The notes: generated from the letters alone by a model not told the origin. Counted from the first letter of the stretch, positions 33,389-43,740 are shown. The stretch is DNA of 50,954 bases from an uncultured Bacilli bacterium (GCA_944363605.1 CALVUM010000026.1:1-50954); one strand, 5' to 3'. Program-made: numbers and translations.

Positions 33389-34396
33389 CTATAAATCTTC
33401 TATATTTTTATTTTGATTAAGAGTTTTAATAATTTTGGCTAAATATTTTGAACAATCTACTTTTACAAGCCATTTTTCTTGTTCTATTTCTTTAGGAATA
33501 TAAGATAAATTCGTCGTGTAGAGTTTTGTAAAAAGTTGTTTTTTATAAGCTTCTTTAAAGAGGTTTATTCCTTCTGTAAATAGAGCAAATGTGGCGATTA
33601 AGTAAATGTTTTTCGCACTTTTTTCTTTTAATTTTTCGGCTACTTCAATCATGGAAGTGCCACTTGCTATCATATCATCAACGATTAATATATCTTTTCC
33701 TTTTGGATTTGTTCCCATGTATGTGTGTTCAACAATAGGATTTTTACCATTTATGACTTTTGTTAAATCTCTTCTTTTGTAAAAAACACCAACATCACAT
33801 TTTAGTACTTCGGCATAATATCTTGCACGTTCGGTAGCTCCCATATCTGGAGCGATTACGAGAAGTTGTTCTGGATGCTCTTTTTTGTTAAGTTGTTCTA
33901 GTATTGTGTTTGTAGGATAAAAATTTTCAAAAGGAAGGCGAGGAATAGCATTACAGATGCTTGGGTCATGGGCGTCAAAGGTGATGATATTTGCTACTCC
34001 CATTTTTTCTAATTCTTGTAAAGCAATCGCACAGTCTAGAGATTCATTTCCTTTTCTTTTATGTTGTCTAGATTCGTAGAGTAGGGGCATGATTACGTTT
34101 ATTTTTTTGGCATGGCCACTTGTTGCAGCGATTACTCTTTTAATGTCTTGAAAATGTTCATTTGGAGACATAGCGTGTTCTTTGCCGTGAAGATTATACG
34201 TAATACTGTAGTTTCCCACGTCACTTAAAATGTAAAGATCGCTTCCATTTGCGTTTTTTTTCATTGTGATTTTTCCTTCCCCATTACTAAATCGGTTGTT
34301 CGTGATGGGGATACGTATATCTTTTTTTAAGTGTTTGACAATTTTTTCTCCTAATTCTTGGCTGTTTTCTAATACAATTAATTTTAAATCTTTCAT
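33389..34396 (-). CDS. prs: ribose-phosphate pyrophosphokinase
   Basis: PRPP-binding loop ..DILIVDDMIASGTSM.. and an N-terminal Prs-like fold. Confidence 0.85.
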   Translation of the reverse strand: MKDLKLIVLENSQELGEKIVKHLKKDIRIPITNNRFSNGEGKITMKKNANGSDLYILSDVGNYSITYNLHGKEHAMSPNEHFQDIKRVIAATSGHAKKINVIMPLLYESRQHKRKGNESLDCAIALQELEKMGVANIITFDAHDPSICNAIPRLPFENFYPTNTILEQLNKKEHPEQLLVIAPDMGATERARYYAEVLKCDVGVFYKRRDLTKVINGKNPIVEHTYMGTNPKGKDILIVDDMIASGTSMIEVAEKLKEKSAKNIYLIATFALFTEGINLFKEAYKKQLFTKLYTTNLSYIPKEIEQEKWLVKVDCSKYLAKIIKTLNQNKNIEDL

Positions 34397-34405
34397 GATA
34401 TCCTC

Positions 34406-36328
34406 CTAATTTTCAAAATTTGTCCAAATGCTAGCGTCCGCATCACTTGGCATTCTAAGGTCTCCTCTTGGGGAGACGCTGATGGTTCCTACTTTTACTC
34501 CGTCTGGCAAACAATTTCTTTTAAATTGTTGACTAAAAAATCTTTGAAAGAAAAACTTTAACCATTTATTAATTTCTTCTTTTGTATATATTCCTTGAAA
34601 GGTTTGTTCTTCTAAAAATTGAATTTTTTTTGCAGAAGCTCCGTATCGTAAGAAATGGTAAATTGTAAAATCGTGTAATAAATAAGGGCCTACAATATTC
34701 TCAGTTTTTTGTGTAATATTTCCATTTTTGTCTGGTGGTAAAAGTTCTGGACTAATAGGTGTATCTAAGATGTCTAATATAGCTTTTTTTGCTAAGTTGT
34801 TATCTTCTTTTTCGGCAAAATAATTTACTAAATATCTAACTAGTGTTTTAGGGATGGAAGTGTTGACGCTATACATTGAGATATGATCTCCGTTATAAGT
34901 ACACCAACCTAAAACTAATTCTGATAAATCTCCTGTGCCTATGACAAGTCCCTCTTGCATGTTGGCTATATCCATAAGGATTTTAGTTCGTTCACGAGCT
35001 TGGGCATTTTCATAGGTTACATCTTTTTTAGATGTATCTAAGCCAATATCTTTATAATGGACGAGGCTTGCTTTTTTTATGGAAATTTCTAATCCAGCAA
35101 CGTTGTATGCCTTAATTAGATTTAAAGAGTTTTTTAAAGTTCTTTTGCTTGTTCCAAACCCAGGCATAGTGATGGCAAGACAGTTTTTCGGGTCGATAGA
35201 AAGAATTTTAAAAGCTTCCATAATTACTAGGAAAGCAAGTGTTGAATCAAGTCCTCCTGAAAGTCCTAAAACGCATTTTTTTATACCTGTTGCTTTCATT
35301 CTTTTAGCAAGTCCAGAGGCTTGGATACGAATGATTTCTTCAAAACGTTCGTTTTTTTTGGAATCATCTTTTGGGACAAATGGCATTTTTTCGTATTTTC
35401 TTAAAAAATCTTTGTTTTTATCGATAATTGTAATTGGAATGATTTGTGCTTGGTTTGTCTTTTGCTCGTGAAAACTTGTATTTTTTCTTCGATCGCTTGC
35501 TATTTTTTGAACATCTAAATCGGTAAAGATGTGATTTGTTTCAAATTGAAAACGTTCATTTTCTTGAAGTACGCTGCCACTTTCAAAAATTCCAGCAAAT
35601 CCTGAGAAAACTAAATCTGAACTTGATTCATTTACTCCACTAGATGCGTAGATGTAACCACATATGTTTTTAGCAGAAGTTGTTTTTAATAAATTTTTGC
35701 GATATTCATATTTACCAATTACTTCGTTACTTGCCGATAAATTAAAAATCATTGTTGCACCTTGTAAAGCGAGTGGGGTACTTGGCGAATCGCTTGCCCA
35801 AATATCTTCACAAATTTCGATTCCAAAAGCAATTTCTTTTTTTTCGGTATCTTGAAAAATTAAATCTGTTCCAACTGGTATGACTTCTTTGTCTAAAACA
35901 ATTTCTGTAATTTGCAAATCACGTCCACTGGAAAACCATCTTGCTTCATAAAACTCTTGATAATTTGGAATATGGGTTTTAGGAACAATTCCTAAAATTT
36001 TTCCATTAGATATGAGAATAGCACAATTGTAAAGTTTTCCTTTTAGACTTAGAGGAGCACCAACTATAAGATGAATGTTTTTGTTTTTGGTCGCTTTCTT
36101 TAACTCTAATAAACATTCAAGAGCTTTTTTTAAAAGTGTGTCTTGTAAAAATAAATCTCCACATGTGTAACCTGTTATACTTAGTTCGGGAAAAAGGGCA
36201 ATTTGAACACCCTTTTTCTCTAAAATTTCCATTTCTTTTAAAATAATATCGGTGTTAAAGCGTGGATTAGCTACTTTTATTTCGGGAACTACTGCTCCAA
36301 CACGTACAAAGCCAAATTCTTTATTCAT
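34406..36328 (-). CDS. nadE: glutamine-dependent NAD+ synthetase (nitrilase-like domain + synthetase domain)
   Basis: N-terminal CN-hydrolase (..ICEDIW..), C-terminal PP-loop ..VLGLSGGLDSTLA... Confidence 0.9.
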   Translation of the reverse strand: MNKEFGFVRVGAVVPEIKVANPRFNTDIILKEMEILEKKGVQIALFPELSITGYTCGDLFLQDTLLKKALECLLELKKATKNKNIHLIVGAPLSLKGKLYNCAILISNGKILGIVPKTHIPNYQEFYEARWFSSGRDLQITEIVLDKEVIPVGTDLIFQDTEKKEIAFGIEICEDIWASDSPSTPLALQGATMIFNLSASNEVIGKYEYRKNLLKTTSAKNICGYIYASSGVNESSSDLVFSGFAGIFESGSVLQENERFQFETNHIFTDLDVQKIASDRRKNTSFHEQKTNQAQIIPITIIDKNKDFLRKYEKMPFVPKDDSKKNERFEEIIRIQASGLAKRMKATGIKKCVLGLSGGLDSTLAFLVIMEAFKILSIDPKNCLAITMPGFGTSKRTLKNSLNLIKAYNVAGLEISIKKASLVHYKDIGLDTSKKDVTYENAQARERTKILMDIANMQEGLVIGTGDLSELVLGWCTYNGDHISMYSVNTSIPKTLVRYLVNYFAEKEDNNLAKKAILDILDTPISPELLPPDKNGNITQKTENIVGPYLLHDFTIYHFLRYGASAKKIQFLEEQTFQGIYTKEEINKWLKFFFQRFFSQQFKRNCLPDGVKVGTISVSPRGDLRMPSDADASIWTNFEN

Positions 36329-36341
36329 ATTTTTCCTCCAT

Positions 36342-37801
36342 TTATAATTTTTTTGTTAAAGATATTCCTTGATTTTTAGCACTTAAAAGTAATTCTCTTT
36401 TTTTTCTGATTAATTCTTTTGTCATATCTACAAAGTATTTTTGGGGTTTTTCTAAACGTTTGATTTCTGTAGGTAATGTTTTTATCTCTTTATCGCAATA
36501 ATCTTTTTTGTTAAAAATGTTCGGGTCTTTATATACTAATTTTCCGTTTTCAAAAATTGGTACTTGTAATTCTCTAACCGAATAATTTTCAATAGTTGTT
36601 TGATTTATTTCATTAACTGGATCAATCAGTGTAAATGTGTCTTGGGGAATAATTTCGTCATGGAATGCCAGTACGTCTCCAAGTGCTAGATTGTTTTCTT
36701 TATTGTAGAAACGATATACTTTTTTATATCCTGGAGTAATTGCTTTTGCTTCATCATTGCTCGCTTTAATTTTGGAAATAAATTCTTTGCTGCCATTTTT
36801 TTGTAGAGCAACATTTTTATAAACGACGCCCACTTTCGCTTCACTTGGTAAGACAATGTTGTCTCCAACTCCGAAGAAATCGATAGGAGCTTCTTGATTT
36901 AGTAATGAGCGGATTGTTTTTTCGTCTAAGCCGTTTGAAACACAAATTTTTGTGTCTGCAAGGCCTTCTTCATCTAGTAATTTTCGTGCTTCTTTAGAAA
37001 GTTTTGCTAAATCTCCTGAATCAATGCGGATTGCTTGTAGTTTATAACCGTTAGGAATTAAAAAATCTTTTGCTACTTTAATCGCGTTTGGTAAACCACT
37101 TGTTAAAACGTCATAGGTATCTACCAGAAGAGTACAAGCATTAGGATAAGCTTTGGCATAAGCTAAAAATGCTTCATATTCACTATCGAAAGATGTAATC
37201 CAACTATGTGCGATGGTACCACTTACAGGGACTTTATACATTTTTCCTGCTAAAACGTTGGAGGTTGAAGAACAACCGGCCATGATGGCACATTTACTTG
37301 CATCTAAACCGGCGTAAGGTGTTTGACTTCTTCTAAGACCAAACTCACTTATTGCTCGATTTTCACTTGCTTCAACGATTCTTTTAGAAGCCGTTGCCCA
37401 ACAAATGTGAGAATTTAAATAACTTAGTAAAGTACTTTCAATAATTTGAGCTTCTATAATAGGTGCTTTTACCGTAACTAGTGGTTCTCCTTCAAAGACG
37501 ACTGTTCCATCTGGTATGGCATAAATACTTCCATGAAATTTGAAATTTTGTAAATAGGTTAAAAGGGTTCTGTAAAAAGATGTAAACTTCTTAAGTATTC
37601 TATATCTTCTTTTGCAAAATGTAAGTTTTTAATATATTCGATAATTCGATCTAAGCCTGCCATAATTGCATAGCCAGAACCAAAGGGATTTTTTCTAAAG
37701 AAAGCATCAAAAACGGCGATTTCTTCAGTTTTCTTTTCGTTAAAATATCCTTGGCTCATTGTTAATTCATATAAATCTGTTGCCATAGTTAAATTTTCCA
37801 T
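36342..37801 (-). pseudogene. pncB: nicotinate phosphoribosyltransferase, interrupted by a 1-nt frameshift
   Basis: N-terminal fragment 37559..37801 (..ATDLYELTMSQGYF..) and C-terminal ORF 36342..37283 (..GTIAHSWITSF..). The intervening 37284-37558 reads on as PncB (..LTYLQNFKFHGSIYAIPDGT..) if one base is added to the run at 37561-37564. Confidence 0.85.
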
Positions 37802-37802
37802 A

Positions 37803-38399
37803 TTAATTCATCTCCCTTACTAAACGAATGCCATTTCTTTTCATGACTTCGAATCCAAATTGATTTGCTTCTTCTTTTTCATGAATTTTTGGTATGTGAT
37901 AAGTATCTACTGCATTAATTGGTACCTCGATTTTTACATCAACGTTCCATTCGTCCATGAAGTTTCTTAGAGCTAGTGTAAAATTCATAATGCAAATATC
38001 GGTACAACATCCAGTGATGATAATCTTTTTGATATTTTTCATTTTTAATAAAGTTTCCATTACGCCTGGTGCAAAGATGCCACAGGTAGAGTTTTTATAA
38101 AATACATTTGTAGCATATTTTTCAAAAATTGCTAATTCTTTAATTGTTTTTCTTTCTTCTGGTGTTATGCAATGACTACCATAGCCATTTTCTCTTGTAA
38201 GCTCTACACTTTTCTCTGTATGACAGTCATTTATAATAAATAAACCGCCATTTTTTCTTATTAATGTATTCATAATTACTTTTCTAATATTTGGAACGAT
38301 CCTTTTTATACTTGGGTCGGCAAGTTTTCCTTTTTCGCAAAAGCCGTTGTTCATATCAATTACAAAAACAGCTTCCGTTATTTCTTCTAATTTTCTCAT
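37803..38399 (-). CDS. pncA: isochorismatase-family cysteine hydrolase, probable nicotinamidase
   Basis: ..FVIDMNNGF.. and catalytic Cys region ..ITGCCTDICI... Sits directly upstream of pncB. Confidence 0.7.
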   Translation of the reverse strand: MRKLEEITEAVFVIDMNNGFCEKGKLADPSIKRIVPNIRKVIMNTLIRKNGGLFIINDCHTEKSVELTRENGYGSHCITPEERKTIKELAIFEKYATNVFYKNSTCGIFAPGVMETLLKMKNIKKIIITGCCTDICIMNFTLALRNFMDEWNVDVKIEVPINAVDTYHIPKIHEKEEANQFGFEVMKRNGIRLVREMN

Positions 38400-38414
38400 A
38401 TTTATCTCTTCTTT

Positions 38415-38437
38415 CTTATTATCTATATGTTAATAAC
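38415..38437. promoter_or_regulatory. candidate operator box B (upstream of pncA)
   Basis: On the gene-sense strand it reads GTTATTAACATatagaTAATAAg. It shares GTTATTAACAT...TAATAA with box A. Confidence 0.35.
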
Positions 38438-38447
38438 ACAAATTAAA

Positions 38448-38861
38448 TTAATGAGTTATTTTCATTAAATTTCTAGATTGATTCATTGGCATTACATCTA
38501 CATCAATCCCGCTAAAGTAAGCTTTTTTTACAGTATGCTCTCCCAGCCCATAACCTTCTGTAGAAGTTGTTAAACCTGAATCATAGGAAACATATCTAAC
38601 TTCCATTTCTTCTAGAGCTAGCATTTCTTTACAGATTTCTTCTAATTTTTCTTTTGTAATCGTTTCCTCAAAAGGATAAGTATTTCCTGCTAGAGACATT
38701 TGACCTTTAGCTAGAATCTCTACTAAACACCCTTTCTCTTCATAATATCCTACACAATCTTTTGTGGCTTTAATAGTTACATTTATTTCCATATTATAGA
38801 ACCTTTGATAGTATTGTTTTATGATATTTTTTATCATTTCACGATTTAATTTAATTGTCAT
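38448..38861 (-). CDS. hypothetical protein embedded in the NAD operon
   Basis: ORF 38448..38870. The GGGTGA RBS favours ATG at 38861. No recognised domain. Confidence 0.5.
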   Translation of the reverse strand: MTIKLNREMIKNIIKQYYQRFYNMEINVTIKATKDCVGYYEEKGCLVEILAKGQMSLAGNTYPFEETITKEKLEEICKEMLALEEMEVRYVSYDSGLTTSTEGYGLGEHTVKKAYFSGIDVDVMPMNQSRNLMKITH

Positions 38862-38879
38862 TATTTTCACCCTCTCTTT

Positions 38880-38902
38880 CTTATTAACAAAATGTTAAAA
38901 AC
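38880..38902. promoter_or_regulatory. candidate operator box C (between the Nudix gene and the unknown gene)
   Basis: Gene-sense strand GTTtTTAACATTtTgTTAATAAg, matching 18/23 positions of box A. Confidence 0.35.
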
Positions 38903-38916
38903 ATATTTTAAAAAAA

Positions 38917-39540
38917 TTATAATAAATTATTTTTTTCTAATTTTAAAGTCATATATCCAATTTTAGAATTTGCATCTCGCATCCCAATTTCGGTTAATAA
39001 ATCTCCTTTTTTTCTTTGTAAAAACTCTCGAATATCTTGATCATCTACTTCTATGTAAGTTAAATTTTCATCAGGATCTAAATTTTGTTCTTGTAATTTT
39101 TTACAACCTTCTGCAACATATGTTGTAATTAATGCTTTACTACAACCTTGATCTTGATAGTGACTTTCTAAAAAATAAATATTTTTTGGAACATAACCTG
39201 TTTCTTCTACTAGTTCTCTAATTGCAGCATTTTCATTTTTTTCATTTTTGTCTACCATACCTGCTGGAAACTCAATTGCAATTGTTTCTTCAGTATTTGG
39301 CCTTGCTTGTACAACTACAATATAATTTCCTTCTTCTGTAATCGGGATAATGACTACCGCATCTCCATTGTCTTTCCTTTTAGTTATTTGTTCACAAGGC
39401 ATTTTCTTGCCATTTTCTGTCGTGACTTGAAATTTTTTGATTCCTAAATATCCTTTTTGATACTCTTCGATGAATTCTTTTTCTTTAGTTTTAAAATCTT
39501 TTAAAGCTTGAATTGCTTTTATTCTTTCTTCTGGTTTCAT
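38917..39540 (-). CDS. Nudix hydrolase, ADP-ribose pyrophosphatase-like
   Basis: Nudix box ..PAGMVDKNEKNENAAIRELVEETGY... AAGAGGAAAAAT precedes ATG at 39540, so I prefer this start to 39606. Confidence 0.75.
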   Translation of the reverse strand: MKPEERIKAIQALKDFKTKEKEFIEEYQKGYLGIKKFQVTTENGKKMPCEQITKRKDNGDAVVIIPITEEGNYIVVVQARPNTEETIAIEFPAGMVDKNEKNENAAIRELVEETGYVPKNIYFLESHYQDQGCSKALITTYVAEGCKKLQEQNLDPDENLTYIEVDDQDIREFLQRKKGDLLTEIGMRDANSKIGYMTLKLEKNNLL

Positions 39541-39608
39541 ATTTTTCCTCTTTCTAATTAATGTTTTGTTAAAAACAAAAGCTATTTTTTTTAACAGTTT
39601 GGCCACCT

Positions 39609-39631
39609 GTTATTAACATTATATTAATAAC
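39609..39631. promoter_or_regulatory. candidate operator box A: perfect palindrome GTTATTAA-N7-TTAATAAC upstream of the operon
   Basis: 8-bp perfect arms. Lies ~70 nt upstream of the preferred start of the first gene of the NAD operon. Confidence 0.4.
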
Positions 39632-39956
39632 ACATAAATTTGTCAACCACTTTTTAACAAAAAATTAATAAGAACTTTTTTCCTTATAATTTTGAATAAA
39701 GAAATAGCGTTATTTTTTCTACATCTTTAGGAAGTATATATATATTTTTTTATGTAATTAAATGAAAAACGCATTAAACTGATTTTGAGAAAATTTTGGT
39801 TGAAATCGCAAAAAAAGTTTTTTTTGAAAGTTTTGCGATTATATCTGTAAAACTTGTGTCGCTTTTTAATCGTTTTTTGTTTTAAGTTCTTTGGGACATC
39901 ATCTTTTTTTCATTGGAAAAGTGTGCTATAATTTTGATAGAAAATGGGTGATTTTT

Positions 39957-40658
39957 ATGGCTTTTATTGAAGTGAAAAATTTATCTAAAACTTATCAAAT
40001 GGGAGAAGTAACGATTAAAGCTATTGAAAATATTTCTTTTTCCATTAATGAAGGAGAGCTTGTTGTTATTTTAGGACCTAGTGGTGCTGGAAAAACGACT
40101 GTTTTAAATATTCTTGGTGGCATGGATATTCCTTCTTCTGGTTCGGTAATTATTGATGGAAAGGATATTGCAAAATTTAATCGAAAGGCTTTAACTGATT
40201 ATCGGCGTTATGACATTGGATTTGTTTTTCAATTTTATCATTTGGTTTGGAATTTAACGGCTTTAGAAAACGTTAGTTTGGCTAGTCAAATTTGTAAACA
40301 TCCAAAAGAAAGTTTAGAAACTTTAAAGCAAGTTGGTTTAGGAGATAGAAGTGGACATTTTCCAGCTCAGTTATCTGGAGGAGAGCAACAACGGGTTAGT
40401 ATTGCAAGAGCTTTAGCAAAGAATCCTAAATTGCTTCTTTGTGACGAGCCGACAGGGGCACTTGATTCTAAAACAGGAAGAATGATTTTAGAGTTGTTAC
40501 AAAATACTTGTCATAAAGAACATATGACAACAATTATTATTACTCATAATGCAGTTATTAGTGAAATGGCGGATAAAGTTATTAAAATTAAAAATGGTAA
40601 AGTGGATGATATTCTTATTCAGAAAAATCCAAAACTTGTAAAGGATATTGATTGGTAA
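39957..40658 (+). CDS. ABC transporter ATP-binding protein (MacB/FtsE-like)
   Basis: Walker [10 protein letters not shown], signature LSGGEQQR, Walker B LLLCDEPT. Start at MAFIEVKNL.. (ATG 39957), downstream of an extended -10 TGCTATAAT at ~39925-39932. Confidence 0.9.
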   Translation: MAFIEVKNLSKTYQMGEVTIKAIENISFSINEGELVVILGPSGAGKTTVLNILGGMDIPSSGSVIIDGKDIAKFNRKALTDYRRYDIGFVFQFYHLVWNLTALENVSLASQICKHPKESLETLKQVGLGDRSGHFPAQLSGGEQQRVSIARALAKNPKLLLCDEPTGALDSKTGRMILELLQNTCHKEHMTTIIITHNAVISEMADKVIKIKNGKVDDILIQKNPKLVKDIDW

Positions 40659-43600
40659 TGTTGTTGTTTAAAAATAGTTTTATAAAAATCCGTAAATCTT
40701 TAGGCCGTTTTTTTTCATTAATATTTATTGTTGCTTTAGGAAGTGCTTTTTTTGCTGGAGTAAGAGAAACTTCATCTGATATGATTAAAACTGCAGATGC
40801 GTATTATGACGAATATCATTTGATGGATTTTCGAATTGTTAGCACAATGGGACTAACTGATGATGATATTCTTTCTTTAGAAGAGTTAGAAAATGTAGAA
40901 AAAGTTGTACCAGGGTATTCTTTTGAAACAGTGGTCAATGGAGAGGCTTCAAAAATCTATGGCTATTTAGAAGATATAAATAAGGCAAAACTTGTTGAAG
41001 GAAGATATTTAGAAAATGAGAATGAAATTTTAGTAGAAAAAGGAACATATCATTTAGGTGACACGATAACTTTAGAAAGTGATGCGTTAGATTATGTGAA
41101 AAATACCACTTATACGGTGGTAGGAATTGTCGAATCTCCAATGTATATTTATGAGAATAAAGGGATTTCTACTGTTAGTGATGGAAAATTAGATACGTAT
41201 ATGTATATTTTACCGTCTAATTTTACATTGGAAGTTTACACTGAAGTTTATTTAACTGCGAAAGATAGTATTTCTAAGACAGCTTATCAAAGTGATTATG
41301 CAGATACAATTTCAAAATTGAATGCAGAGTTAACGGAATTAAAACCTATTCGGGAAACAGCTCGTTATGAAGAAATACTTGCGGAGGCTATGAAAGAAAT
41401 TTATGATGCGGAAGAAAAACTTCAAGAAGAAAAGAGTGTAAATGATCAAAAATTTGCCGAAGCTCAAAAAGAAATTTTAGATAATGAGGCAAAACTAAAG
41501 AATGGTTGGGCCCAATATAATAATGGTAAGAACTCTTTATCTTCTACTAAAGATTCGATGGAGCAAATGTTTAAAGAAAAGGAACAAGAAATTTCCAATG
41601 GAGAAAAAACGATTTTTTCTGGTTTAGAAACTTTTGGAATTACGATTTTAGATGTCCCATTAACTATTGAAACTTTAAACGGTCAAATTGCCCAGTTACA
41701 AGCTATGCTTAGTATGTTATCTCCAGATAGTGAAGAGTATATAAAACTAGATAGCCAAATAAAGACTTTGCAAGCAAGTGTTAATTCTTTAAATGAATTA
41801 ACAGTCGCTTATCAAACTTTGCAAAATGGTAAACTTGAGCTTGCAAATGGAAAAAAAGAGTGGGAAGACGAGTATAACAAAGCTTTATCCACTTTAAATT
41901 CCTCTTATCAACAATTACTTGATGGAGAAAAAGAACTAGCAAGTGGTAAAGCTAGTTATGAAGAAAATTATGCTACTTATCAACAAGAAATTTTGAAAGA
42001 AGAACAAGAGATTGCAGATGCTAGAGAAGAGGTAGCAAATTTAGAGAAACCGGTGTGGTATTTATTTGACCGGGAAGATAATTCAGGTTATACAACTTTT
42101 TATGATTCAGCGACGAAAGTTGATTCGATCGCGGCTGTATTTCCTTTGTTCTTTGTATTAGTAGCTTTTTTAATGGGTATGAATACAATGACGAGAATGA
42201 TTGAAGAAGAAAGAGGAGAAATCGGCTTATTTATTTCTTTGGGATATTCTAAAGCCAAAATTATTTTAAGTTATCTTTTCTATGTTTTAATTGCCACGGT
42301 TATTGGCCTTATAATTGGATTAAATATTGGGTACTTTGTTGTTCCGCTTATTATTTACCGGGTATATGTTTCAATGTTTTTGCTACCAGATCTGCAACTC
42401 TATTTCAATTTTGGAGTCAGTATTTTGATTATTTTGGTTTGTTTTGGGGCAATGGGAATTGTTACTTTTCTTGCTGTGAACAGAAATTTTAAATATATGC
42501 CTGCGAATCTACTTCGTCCTGAAGCTCCTAAAATGGGTAAGAAAGTATTTTTGGAAAAAATTCGTTTTTTGTGGAAACGTTTAAGTTTTACTTGGAAAGT
42601 TACAGTTCGTAATTTATTTCGTTATAAAAAGAGAATTGTTATGACTTTGATTGGAATTTCTGGATGTACGGCTCTTTTGTTAACTGGGTTTGGAATTCAA
42701 GATAGTATTGGGTCTTTAATGAATAAACAATTTGGGGAAATTGAAGATTATGATGCGATTATCTTTTTGAATGATGAGGTACATGAAGTAAATAATGATA
42801 TAGATGAGGTTTTAGCACAAAATGCTATTTCTTCATCTGTATATTTAAATATGGAAAGCTTTAAATTTTCTGTAGAGAATAAAAATGTGGATATTTATTT
42901 GATGGCTTTTGAAGATGATGTTATAATAGATGATTTTATTCATTTAAGAGATAGTGATGGGAATTCGATTTCTTTGAGTGATAATGGAGTAGTTATTTCA
43001 GAAAAGACGGCTCGAATGCTTGGGGTTTCTTTGGGTGACACTTTTGGTATTCGTAATAGTGATAATGAACTTTTTGTTTTAAAAGTTTCTCAGATTAGCA
43101 AAAACTATGTAAATCATTATGTTTATATGAATGAAAGTTATTATGCTCAAGTTTTTGGCGAGAAAACTTATAATGCGATTATGACGACGATGGATGAAGA
43201 AAAAACACAAGAGATAGGGGATGCTCTTTTAAAAATAGACTATTTTAGCAATATTCAGTATACAACAGATAGTATGAATATGTTTCAGGATATTATAAGG
43301 AGTTTAAATGATATTGTTTTTCTTATTCTTGGTTTTTCTACTTTTTTAGCAATTACGGTGTTATATAATTTAACGACTATTAATATCAGCGAAAGAACTA
43401 GGGAGATTGCTACATTGAAAGTTTTAGGCTTTCATAATAATGAGGTAAGTGCATACGTTTATCGTGAGACTTTGGTTTTAACTATTTTTGGTGTCCTTAT
43501 TGGTTTAGGATTAGGCGTTTTATTAAATCAGTTTGTTATGACAGTTGCTGAAACTGATGAAATCTTATTTGTAAAATATATCTATCCTATGAGTTATCTA

Positions 43601-43705
43601 TATACTTTCCTAATCATGACATTGTTTACTGTAGTCGTTCAGTTTATTACGTATTTTATTTTAAAAAGAATAAATATGATCGATTCATTAAAATCTGTGG
43701 AATAG
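40658..43705 (+). CDS. ABC transporter permease with two FtsX-like domains and a long coiled-coil extracytoplasmic region
   Basis: ~1015 aa. The ATG overlaps the ATPase stop (TAATG). Two 4-TM FtsX-type blocks are separated by large soluble segments. Confidence 0.8.
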   Translation: MLLFKNSFIKIRKSLGRFFSLIFIVALGSAFFAGVRETSSDMIKTADAYYDEYHLMDFRIVSTMGLTDDDILSLEELENVEKVVPGYSFETVVNGEASKIYGYLEDINKAKLVEGRYLENENEILVEKGTYHLGDTITLESDALDYVKNTTYTVVGIVESPMYIYENKGISTVSDGKLDTYMYILPSNFTLEVYTEVYLTAKDSISKTAYQSDYADTISKLNAELTELKPIRETARYEEILAEAMKEIYDAEEKLQEEKSVNDQKFAEAQKEILDNEAKLKNGWAQYNNGKNSLSSTKDSMEQMFKEKEQEISNGEKTIFSGLETFGITILDVPLTIETLNGQIAQLQAMLSMLSPDSEEYIKLDSQIKTLQASVNSLNELTVAYQTLQNGKLELANGKKEWEDEYNKALSTLNSSYQQLLDGEKELASGKASYEENYATYQQEILKEEQEIADAREEVANLEKPVWYLFDREDNSGYTTFYDSATKVDSIAAVFPLFFVLVAFLMGMNTMTRMIEEERGEIGLFISLGYSKAKIILSYLFYVLIATVIGLIIGLNIGYFVVPLIIYRVYVSMFLLPDLQLYFNFGVSILIILVCFGAMGIVTFLAVNRNFKYMPANLLRPEAPKMGKKVFLEKIRFLWKRLSFTWKVTVRNLFRYKKRIVMTLIGISGCTALLLTGFGIQDSIGSLMNKQFGEIEDYDAIIFLNDEVHEVNNDIDEVLAQNAISSSVYLNMESFKFSVENKNVDIYLMAFEDDVIIDDFIHLRDSDGNSISLSDNGVVISEKTARMLGVSLGDTFGIRNSDNELFVLKVSQISKNYVNHYVYMNESYYAQVFGEKTYNAIMTTMDEEKTQEIGDALLKIDYFSNIQYTTDSMNMFQDIIRSLNDIVFLILGFSTFLAITVLYNLTTINISERTREIATLKVLGFHNNEVSAYVYRETLVLTIFGVLIGLGLGVLLNQFVMTVAETDEILFVKYIYPMSYLYTFLIMTLFTVVVQFITYFILKRINMIDSLKSVE

Positions 43706-43706
43706 A

Positions 43707-43740
43707 AAATAGTAAGTCTTTTGAAGATTTACTATTTTTT
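43707..43740 (+). terminator. rho-independent terminator
   Basis: AAATAGTAAGTCTT / AAGATTTACTATTT 14-bp stem (one G-U pair), 3-nt loop, T-run. Confidence 0.6.
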
